64,000 nucleotides of DNA from Auanema rhodensis (Eukaryota; Animalia; Nematoda): NCBI GenBank assembly GCA_964057225.1, contig OZ059900.1:6634001-6698000 (forward strand). The letters run 5' to 3'. The translations under genes were made by a program, and so were the position numbers. The number at the start of each line of letters is the position of its first letter. Positions within the stretch are counted from its first letter, which is position 1. Shown one piece after another: positions 10,453-22,400 of the stretch. Under the pieces are notes generated by a model that saw nothing but the letters and a program-made list of their open reading frames with translations, was not told the origin of the DNA and searched no databases.

Positions 10453-13400
10453 TTAAGAGCATAACGTGCACCCGGTATGGCCATCATTTTGCCGTCGATC
10501 ACGACCGCAGCTTGGGCAGAATATCCTCTCTTGCTCATTCTGCAAGCATCTATTTGCAAATTATAGCAATTAACGTTTTTTTTTCTATCTAACTATCTAA
10601 AGCGAAATTTGTTGGAAAATTGGATTTTCTATCAGTTTTAGCAATTTTATGAAATAAAATAAAATGCACAATAATGGCATTTTATCTACTTTCCAACTTT
10701 AACAAATTTCGCTGCTACGTATGGAATTGAAGGAACTTACTGAGAACACAGAGAAGGCATTTTGCTGATGATTGTGCATTCGAGCTGCTGCACGCATAAC
10801 TTCATCTGTGAATTCGCTTGGTGTATTCAAAATTGGGTTAGGATTAACAACGGCTGGAACACCATGTTGAGCAGGTCCAGGACCAGACATATTAGCGGCT
10901 ATTGTGGCGGATGTAAAATGCATCTTAAGACTTTCCAACTGTTGTGCTAGCTTTAAACAGTTTTGCATGTATATTGAACCAACGTTTGAAAAGCTTACTT
11001 GATCTCTTTCAAAACATGCCCTATTTCGTTCTAACTCAGCTTGTTCAGCTTTCCCTTTGTAATGTTGTGCTTCTTCCCTCCATGCTTCGCATGCTTGACG
11101 AGCCTGCTTCAAACCTTCCTCCCATATAGCTACCTTAAATTTCTAAAATAGAATGGACATTTCAAAGAAATCTATATTAAACCTGGTTCTCAAATCCAAA
11201 CATGTTGGAGGGGGAGTTTGGCTTGAAAAGACCTTCACCAAATGAGGTAATTGGAGAAGTATGATATGAGTCTCCAGTGACCATTTGACGCATCGGTGAG
11301 CTGACTGAAACAAAAAATTGAGTATTAATCGGTATGATTCAATGAACACAAGAGAGTTTTAGAAACCAATAACATACTTCCACCAAACAGATCACTGATC
11401 GAATGACTATTATGTTCATTAATTGGAGTCAAATCTAAGCTTAATTCTTCCAAATTGCTAGATAAGTTAGATGGTTCTATAAAACCATACGTGTTACTAT
11501 GTTTTAGAAATATATAAGCAAAATGCTACCCACCATTTACGTGGAATCCACTCTCCGATCTACATAAAGAAGAATATGACGGTAATGAAGTACCAGTAGA
11601 GCTGTCTAATCCTGCAGTAGAACCTGAATATAATGAATATGATTATTTTCATAAAAAAATATAAGATAATATTATGTTGCTAAGTTAAAAAACCTTACTT
11701 GTACCTGTGTACTCCTTCTTAGCCTTGATATCCATTGGCCCCATGTTGAGAGACTGTGTACGGTTTCTAACCAATTCAGAATTTGCTCTTCCAGGCTGTA
11801 AAACGTAGTATTTATATAAGAAAATTATTTTTTTAATGTCTTCAATGATAATAAAACTTACAGACAATGGGCCCTGTCTTTCAAATCCAGGTGCTTTTGG
11901 ATAACTGCTGGGCGCTGCAGGCGTTGGGTCTGGCTGTTTAGGCGTAGCCTGTGGCTGAGGAGGATTGTGTCTTTGTTTTAAAACAGCCTAAAACAAAAAG
12001 TGTAATGCTGTAATTTTTGATTCATCTAACCGAATATGATGGGGTAGCTGAACCATTGCTAACTGGAGAGCCAAATGTTGCCGCTTCACCTACAACTGAC
12101 GTGTTCACATCTTTTAATATCATTGTGAACATACTATTACTACTAGTTTGAGTTGTCGAAGCAGCTGTAGTTGTAGTTGCAGGAACAGCGGTAGTAGATG
12201 TTGGACTAGATGGTTCTTTAGGGCTTGATGAAGCTGGAAGTGCATACGGTGTTCTAGTAACATGCAATTCTGAATCATGATGAGCAAATGCACAGAACAC
12301 TGCTCTGGGACAATAACCGTGCTGAAATTCATATTTACAAATTCATATCTTACTCTAAGCGATACCTCAAGCATATCGTTGCACTTGGTGCTCTTGTAAA
12401 TTTCTGGATGAAATTGCTGCTCGGTGCGTGTATGACAGTATTGACAGTTATCTCCCGCTTCACAAAGCTCGGGATCCAACCATTCATCTACTGTTTTTGC
12501 TGCTGGGCATGGTGTAGATCTGAACATGCTTTAAAATCAGTAACATAATGTCGAGAGAAAATTAAAACCTATATTTATATAAAGCTGGTGGTCGTCGTCT
12601 ATCTTTAGAATTATGATAAAATGGGCAAGCATAGCCTTGTCGACAAAGTCGAGCGGGCTTACGGCATTGTTCTGTCTTGTAGCACGATAATACATGATCT
12701 TGACCTAAAAATAGACGTTTGAAATTTTTTTTGTAAAAAAGTTAATCTTACTATGCCATGCTTGATCTTCTATAACAAAGCTAGTACGGTCCCTAGCCTC
12801 TCCTTCCATATTCGTCGAATACAATGTTTCGTGAAATTGGTCGAACTTCAAATGCTATAATTCAAAGCTGAATATTAAAACAAAAAACTTACTAAAGGTT
12901 GTCGTAAATCGCTATTACTATGGGCAAACGCGCAATGTGCACCGTTCTGTAATTTCGAATTGAATTGAATGTATACAACAGAGAAATTTGAGACAATGAT
13001 AGTTCAATGAGTGGCATTGTTTCTTCAACTTTTCTGTCAATTTTTTTGAACCAAAAATGAGTCATTGAGAACTAACCTTCACACAATGGCCTTTGGGATC
13101 TGTTGGATGCACACATTGCGCTGTTTTATAATAACGTAAATGATATTTTCGTTCTACATCACCAGACACTCGATGTAAGTATAAACATCTGAAAATGATA
13201 ATAATAAATTGTGTAATCATAAACAAAACCATATAATATCACATAAATTGACTTTTTAATATAATTTCATTAACTTACTCATCGCCGTCCGGACATATTC
13301 CCGTATTTTCATCATATTTGTCACAATATATATCAGGTGAGTAGTTAAAAGATCCATTAGGTTTCTTAACTGGTCTGTAAAGTGATCCAGATGCAGTTAG

Positions 13401-16400
13401 ATAACAATAGTATTATAAATATCATGACTTACCTGCGCCTACGTTGATTGGCAAAATGCCAATTGAAGCAGGTATAAGGCCTATGTTGTTGACATTGGTG
13501 CTGTTTAAATAAAGCACACGCTTCAACTCGAAAATCGTTTAAATAACTGAAAATATATGAATTACTGGTGGAATATGAAATGTTTGAATTGTATATTTAA
13601 TTGTCTAATCTTCAAACCGTAGTGTATTCATACAAGGATATTTTAAAATATCTACACAACATACTACTTGTTGCAGCATAACTTGCTGTAATTGAAAATT
13701 ATTTTCATTTTTCGAGTATTTGAACTTGAACACAAAGTTTAGCAACTTTTAACTAACTGAGAGTATTTGAAAAATTGGTAACTAGTTGAGCAGGACATGA
13801 TGGGGTAAACGGGGTTTATCGCACACATACAACGATCGCAGAATGAACGTAATCTCAAATATATCTATCACGTAACCCTTTCCCCTCCAAGATCATACTG
13901 CTTTAAAGCTATCTCTTTTATCTCAATAGTCAAGCATAATCAATGGTAAATTGAAAATGGATTATGTCAAAAGAGAGAGAGAGAGGGCGCAGAAAAAATA
14001 GAGAGTGGGAGATAAATAGAGATTAAGAAAAAGAGGAAATGGAAACGAAATATTCAACAGACAAGCTCTAATCCCTCATTAGTGTAGATGAATATAAACA
14101 AAATATAATCAGTTAAATATTCCGTTTTCATGATATCTCTCTATTAGAAACATGTTAATCCATGCATTATGTTTTGAATGGAAATTTACATGAATGGATT
14201 TCACTGAATATCCAATTGAAATATTACTTATATCTATACACAGACAGGCTGATTAAATAGCATAGTTAAGGCTGGTCTACTATATATTATATATAAATAT
14301 ATATAGATGCAAATTGTTTATGAATGATTTCAAAATGTTCAATGAAAACCTTCCGGCATTGGACTGTTTCAAATATATCAAATACACAAGAAAACAACCG
14401 AAAAAACATTTCCACTTAAAAAACCTTTTGATAATCACCATGTTTTCACCTCTTAAAAGCACTAGGGTAAATACTGTTTTTTTCTCGAAAATATTAGTCC
14501 GTTTATGAGATATGAGCGTAATAAACTAACCAAGAATGCTACATAGAACTTACTCTCTAGGATCATATAATTCAAAATGATAGTTTGTGTACCAGAGCTT
14601 TTGTCTGGTCCGCCTACCACATCGCTTGCGTTTTCCCATACTGATGATCGTTTAAAATGATAACGTTGCCTAGCTATAGAGTTGAGTATGCAAGACGGCA
14701 TTGGGTTAAAGAAAAAAGAAAAACGAGTTTTTAATTGAAAAAGTGAATTTTAAATTGTTTTTGCTCATCACTTTACATATATTCGGAAAGATAAGCGTAA
14801 ATGTAAGAAAACGTTTAGTTTTGGTTAAAATCGAAAAAATCTGTTGATGGCCAAAGATTAAAAGTAATTTCGAAACGCAAAGAAGCAAAAAGGGTAAGCT
14901 CAGTCAAACGTATACTTAACTGAACCAAATAATGAATAAGAAAAGAAAGAGAGAGAGTGAGAGAGAGAAAGAAAAAAGTTGTGAAAAGACACGTTCATCA
15001 AGAAATGAAATAAGAAACAAAAAGACAATGCCTGATTATCAAACAAAGAAGCTGGCTACTTGATGAATGGTGATCAGATTAATACTAAATATTTGAAATA
15101 TATTGAAGAGCAAAAAAATATGCTTCAGCATTTTTCAAAAATCAAGAATGTTGCAAAAAATTCAAAATAACGATTTTCGATATAAAATTTTCAATTTATT
15201 TTAGTTCTTTTTTTTTGAAAAAAAAAAGCTATAAGGAAAATTGGCAGCGTTTATTGGAATTTATGAATTGAGCATTCACTCACTACTAACACGTGGACAC
15301 ATCATTCAGTCATACCGCCCTCATTCCCTTTCCTTCTCTTATGACTTTCGACGCACTCAGAAGCTTATATATCAAGTATTTTCAGTACTTCTCGTTTTTA
15401 ATAATTTTTGCAAGTCAAACCCTCTCTCTTACTTAAGATGACAACCTAAGTAGCAAAAATAAAAAAAAATTAACTCAGATTTTAAAAGTGAGTGAGTAAG
15501 GAAGTAAATGTTTATAAAGCAAGCTATAATATTTTTTCAAACAAGATGTGAAAGAATAAATTTGAAAGAAAATGATATATTCCAGAGCAAATTATGAAAC
15601 AAAATTAACTAAAATTCAAAATAAAGACAAGAATTAGCTGTTCACTTCTATACTAGAATACTAATGTGCATTGTGCATGCTTTACGCAAGATACAGCCTT
15701 CCGACAATAAAATTAAGAAAAACAAGTATTATAGGCAAGACACAGATAGATTTTGTGCCTTCATCTTAGGATACTCTTTAAAAAATTCAGGACATATAGT
15801 TTTTGTAAAAGAATTAGGAATTGTCTAATGCTTAATATACAGAAAATTTCAAAGAATTAAGATTGAATCTTTACATCAAATGCCCTTGCTGATCGGATGA
15901 ACGTTGTATATTGTGATTTCTGTGAGTAAATACATTACAATATAACAGCATAACACGCGGTCATTTGTTCATTTTACCCAACAATCGTATCAAGAAAGCT
16001 CAGCTATATTCAGCATCAAATAATTAACCTTATCCTTTAGAGAAAAAATTTATTATATTTGAAATAAAGCTATAAAACAGCTTATTTAAAGATTTCAATT
16101 AGCCCATTAAGTAAACAATATTGTGCTTTGAATCAGATTTCAATTTTCAATTGATACTTTTTAATTCTGACGACAATCCCCCACTTATATTGATTATTAA
16201 TATGTCATCCTATTTCAGAAAGAATAATACACGAGCATCAAAACTTTTTCTTCAAATTTTGAGTCTCATCTTCTTGTTATACAACATTTCTTGCACAAGT
16301 CATACTTGATTGAAAGCATAAACAACTTGTTCGACAAAAATAGCAAAACAAGATGTTAAACTTTCATTGTATAACTTTGAGTTTGAATTAAAAACAAACA

Positions 16401-19400
16401 TTTAGATAACTAAATATATAAATTATGAATTTCCCCCGATATTGAATTTTTTCACCGAAAAAACAAATTGTCATCAAATATTGTATATAAAACGCATACC
16501 GATTTTACAGCTGCTCAATAATTAATTCCTAATATATATTCTACTAAAAGTAACCAATTTAGCTTTTTTTGTATTTATAAAATATAAAAGAAAAATATAT
16601 TTGCAGATCCCACGAAGCTTGTCAAGATGCGAAATATTTACATCAGCCAAGCGCTTAAGCAGAAAAAAGCTGAGAAAGTGCATTTTACTTAAAAATAGTC
16701 AAGGTTTTAAAAGCCTTGCATGTCGTAAACGATTCAATTATTGAAAGATCTTTGCAAATTCAGCTCTTTTGCACTTTTTCATTCTTCAAACCTAATACAT
16801 TCAGTATAATTATAAGAGTTTACTTATTAAATATGCAGTTCATTTATAATACTTCATCTATAGTTCATCATACATTCCACATATTCATAATGAAAGTGAC
16901 AGACATATGATAACCGTATGTTAATACTCAAATATTTCTCATGTGTCTCATAAGAATGACGCTCAATGCTCATTAAGTCAAATGAGAAACATGAACTTGT
17001 ATAAGAGCTAGGCATCTCAAAATAATATTTTTGCATCGGGAATGCCAATAAGCGCTCTCTGCCTTCCTGACAATAATATTTAATATCATAATTTTCTGTG
17101 TTTAGCATAATCAATATGTGAAAAGCGTCCCCTTGCTTTCGTTCTCGATAACACTACGCGCTCAGCTGGCCAAAAAAAGAGGGATTAGAAGAGAAAAACA
17201 CACGAAAAAGAAAAATACGAAAAACATTGCAGCTTCCATGCCCTATATTTGATCAAACATGAGTATACTCATTATTTCTTCCACGCATACACAATCACCA
17301 GTTTTCTTACCTTTTCTTATTTCACTCTCGTTCTCTAACATGACTGCATCTCTTCATTTACCAATATAATTTTTTTGGTTACCGTAATCAGTGAAAATTA
17401 ATGAAATATTTATATTTGCAACTTATATTATTTACTTCTTTAAAAAGCAGTTTTTGAAAATTGATTGTAAATTCTCGAATAAAAATTGGTTCATTCCCAT
17501 ACAATGGTAATTAACAAGAAAATATGTTAGGGTTTTGAATAATTTCATTGAATATACTGGGGAAAATTAGATAAAATTTATTTAATGCATAATAAAAGAA
17601 ATTCATAAAAACAGCTTTAAGTCTTTTTCTTTTTTTTTCGGCAAAAAAAGCTTTTTCACTAGTGAAAAACATATTCAGTTTCTTTTTGCGTTCTTATTTG
17701 AAACAGATTGAAGCCGACATAGCTGTTGTTTTTAGACCCTCGTCCCTCAATCCAAATTTTTCCTATTCAGGGTATATGCCTCAGACATCTATTTCATATA
17801 CTTGTTTTGCATATTGATTAAACATGATGTTAGAGTCTTTTGTCGCCGAAAGACATTTTGAACCAAAGAAGAATCGTTTAAAGCATAGTAAAAAAACTTT
17901 TCAAAATTAATTCCGAAAACATTTCGTTAAAAAAAGAAGATTATCAAAGTCCCCAACTTATTTAGATTCTCAATATTTATATAATCATTTGCTCTGAAAG
18001 TTTAAGCTCCCGTGAACACAAAATTCAAAATAACAATCAACCAAGATAATATTACTGAATATTGCTTTATCAAGCACATCAACTTCAAAACCTGGTGGAT
18101 TACTACTTAATGATCGGTGCTCAAATCTCAAGCCTCATTATAAAATATATTTATAATTGATTATTCAAGCTTTCAGTTGTTTTGAAAAATATACTAATTA
18201 GACGTGTTGTTAACTAGGTATATTTCCATATTTCGTAAAGAATACAGAAAGCTGCACAAACTTATTAAGAAAACGAAACGGTGCTATAATCTTCATCATA
18301 ACTCATATTATGATGGAAGGTTTATTTGTTCTTCCATTTATTCGCTTTCACGTTAATCAGCTGTTCTGCAATACTGCAAGCAAAAGTGAAAAACAAGTTA
18401 TTGATTTTTGGGCAAATAAATGGCAAGAATGAGGAAAAATGATAATATTGTATTGCTTATTTCTCATAATCAATGAAAGAATCATGCTGATGAGAAGCGA
18501 ATAATATATCACAAGGAAGTTAAAATGCATAATTATCAGTATATAATAATTTACAAACCAAATTTTAGAAATAATTTGACTTACTTATTTAGCATTTGCG
18601 ATCCATATAACAAACTAGCGACTTCTTCACACCAAAATGCTAATCTTGAAACGAATCAATGTTTTTTCGAATTATTTGATAAAACCGAATAAGAAAAAAG
18701 AAAAAAAAAGAAAACGATGTCGAATATTAAAATAATTCAAAGAAAGTTGTTATATTCATACTGTTCTCAGAATGTTGAAAAAAGCCGTGAACTAGAAATG
18801 TTAGAATATGTTGGCCTGTAACCTAATTGCAACATGCATATGTAGAGAGAATAGGAAGTGGGTAGTTTAGGAATATCATGTTGCAAAATAACAGCAAAAA
18901 ACTGCTTAAAGCTCATTGAATGAAAAAATAAGCTGAATAAACAGAATTGTGATGAAGCCAATTGTATGAGGATGTCGTTTTCTCTGTCAATATATGCAAG
19001 AAAAAAATTTGAATAGAACTAGAAACGACGGAAAATGATGACATCGTTCGTTGTTCATAGATATTGAAAAAAATAAGTTGAATGAATGTAGACGACAATG
19101 ATAACAAGAAGGATTTAAGAAAATATTTGGCTGAAGATGACAGTAATGACAAAATAGAATTAGAAAAGCAAGTAAGACTGGGAGAAAAAAATGTTTCAAA
19201 GAAACCAAAGAAAAGGAGCTTAAGTAAAGCTACATGGCAAAGACACAATAATCTGTCACATTTTTATAATCGAAGCAGTGAATGAATGTTTCTTCTTTCC
19301 CCCACAAGGGCAAACCAAAATTGAAAGAAAAATATTGAGCTTTAAGTGAGTAATTGTTAGTAAAAGAAGGAAAGAGAAAAAAAGACTTGAAGACAATTAA

Positions 19401-22400
19401 GTTTAGTGTGTCTTCTGTCTGCTCTCATGCTTTCCATGTTCTTTTTCTCTCGTAAAAGCCATAACATCATATTTTTTTCTTTCAAAAAACAACTTGTTTT
19501 TATCTTTATATATCTACATATACATAAAGTACTCCCTCACCATATCTATCTATATACATACACAGAGAGAGAAAAATATAGAGATATAGAGATAAATATG
19601 CTTCATTTTCTTTTTTTTTGTAATGAAAATTGAAAAAAGAGAAATTAAATGTACATTTCACTTTTTCACAAAAAGCACAAATGTATCTATATCGAAGAAA
19701 TAAAATAGAATGAAAAGAGAGAGCATTTTTAAACGTGAAAAGAAATGAAATGTTGAATGAAAACAAAAATGAATTAAAAAAGAAAAAGCCGTATAAAAGT
19801 CTTTACGCTTGAAATTGATGAGGGGCAGTAAAGCGCCAGGCACCTCGCTGACTTGGTATCAGTACAAGAGCAAACAGAAAAACATATCAACAACGCTGTT
19901 ATGAATGAACAAGAACTGTTACATAACTAAATTACATCTTAAAAAATTGGATCCCATGTATATTTAATTAATTAGAATACAGATATCTCATAAATGTTCC
20001 GTTCAGGACCAAAATTGAATTTTGTTTATTCATAATAGAATAATGTTATCTAGTTGAAAGAAGAAATTCAGCTGCACTGCCATACTAACAAAGAATTTTT
20101 ATTCAAAAATGCACATCATATAGTTATTATTATATATCTAATAATTTAAGATGAAATTCAGGTGCTAAACGGACATTTATTATATAGAACATAAATATTC
20201 ACGTCTTATAGTAATATTTCAAATTTATTTGAAGAAACTTGAAACAAAAAAAAGCAGTAGCATGAAAGAATTCATAATTTCTCTCCTTTAGACAGCAAAA
20301 AAAAACCGGGGGATTTGAAAAAGGTTGAGGAAATGAATGAGTGATACTCGTCATTTCGACATTTTTTCCGTAGAAAGATACTCTATGACGTTCATATATA
20401 AGGGTCATAGCGCTCACACAAAACAACTGCTGCTTGAAATCAGTTGAATGAATGAATAAGGCAGCCAACCGAACTTTGCCCAAGCTCGGAGCAATCCAGC
20501 CTCTGGCCAAAGCAATCATAGAGCCTCGAAAACACGTAAATTTTTGACTTTGTGGCAATACGACAGCAAGCAATGGGCCGCCACTACCAAATTTGGTTCA
20601 GCCTTCCTGCTTTACAAGCCAGTTCGCTTGCCGGACTGCAGCAGCTTGCCACAACAGCATCAGATTTCTTTTTTTCTCTAGAATTGGTAGCTGATGTTGT
20701 TGCGGTTGGCCGTGCTTGGTTACTACTAAACAAGTTTACGATTGACAATTCGCGTAGTGCACTACCTGACATAATGCTTTAAACTCAACCTATATTAAAA
20801 TATGGCATAAATTTGAAAAAAATGGAACTTTGTGGGTTGACAGGCATCGTTGTTGCTGACAACGTTCTGCTTGGCTACAACTTTAGTAACGGCTAACTAG
20901 AAGAACGAACAAGTGAAATAGCTCAGAGATAAATTTGAATCTCTAAGGAGAAAGTAATAAAATTCGAATTGCATAGCAAATTTTTAATTGCTTTTCTGTA
21001 TATACCTCTTGAGGCATTTTATAATATGAGTAAATATATATTTGCAATACAAGTCGCCCAACTATTTAATTTTAGGAATTAATAAAGAGAAGGCAACAAA
21101 TCATTAATCATTTTTCAATGCAATCGCTTATGCTTTTTTCATTAAATTTTGTCGGGATACTGAATTCGGTTTGTTTTTCTCAACAACTCATTCAATAAAG
21201 TAACACTCAATCATATGCAAAGCAAGAACAATAAACTATACAAGATATGCTATAAAAATTGCGCACAAAAGTTAAGATATAATCATGGTTTCATTTATTA
21301 TTTAGTTTGCGAATATTTGATAAGTTATATTATCTATTACTGACGGAAATTCAAATTTCATTATAATACCAACTATTTGAATATTAAATAACATTGAATT
21401 GTCAACAGAGATACGAAAATGGATTCAGGTGTAGCTTATACACATGATACTAACAACCACAAGAATCTAGCAACTCCTAGTAACTTATTATAGAAATGTC
21501 AAAATAAAAAAGTGAAACGTCACTTTTTCTAATTCAATGTTCAAGATATTCTTAGCTTTTTATGATTTGATTGCAAATTGTTTGAGCTTTTATCGCTCAA
21601 TCTTTGAGTAATCAATTTTCTACTCTATCTTATAAACCTAAACTTCCCCTCAAAGTAGAGCGATTCAAAATATCTTGCACGAATTGAAGAAACAAAAAAT
21701 TATTTGTTCGATATAAATGGAGAACTTGAAAAGCCGGTTGAATTTATGAATACATAAATTTAATGTAGAAATAGCAATGCATGTTGAACAATAAATTTTT
21801 TGTTGAAATCAGGAAAGCATTTGAAGAAAAGTTTAGAAAATAAGAACAATAAACTTATATCAAGGCAGATACAACTATAACATGAACAGCTTTGATTCCC
21901 AGACATATAATAAAGCAATCAAAACGACCTGTTACTTTGTCGCCATGACATACAACAGCGCAACAAAAAAGAGTAGAAAAACCCTTAAATCCTTAGTTAT
22001 AATCGGAATTTACATTCACATACTCATTCAACTGAATTGTATCCAGCAATTATATTTTTATACAAGAGAATAAATGGGGAAGGGGTGTCATAATATCGTT
22101 AGGAGCTAGACATTTTCATGGAGGAGTAAAACATTTTGCAAGCTAAGTACTCAAGAAATACCGTAATTCTAAACAAAAAATGATAGTTGGAACAAAAAAA
22201 AAGACTCATTAGCCAGCTTTTGGTTCTATTCCAGGTTTTTGTTCAAAGCTAGCGTTAAGCATTATGTATTCGAAAAGAATGCCGGAAACGAATGTAAAGA
22301 GAAATAAAGAGAGAAAAAGAAAAAAAAAGAAAAAAAAACAATACGAAGATAATGAATGTGCGAGAAATTTAAAAAAGGCAGTAAGCTAGAACAAGCTTCT

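Noticed and set aside
19082-19285. Lys/Asp-rich plus-strand ORF
   Set aside because: An A-rich compositional ORF; the nearby acceptor leads to stops and there are no partner exons.
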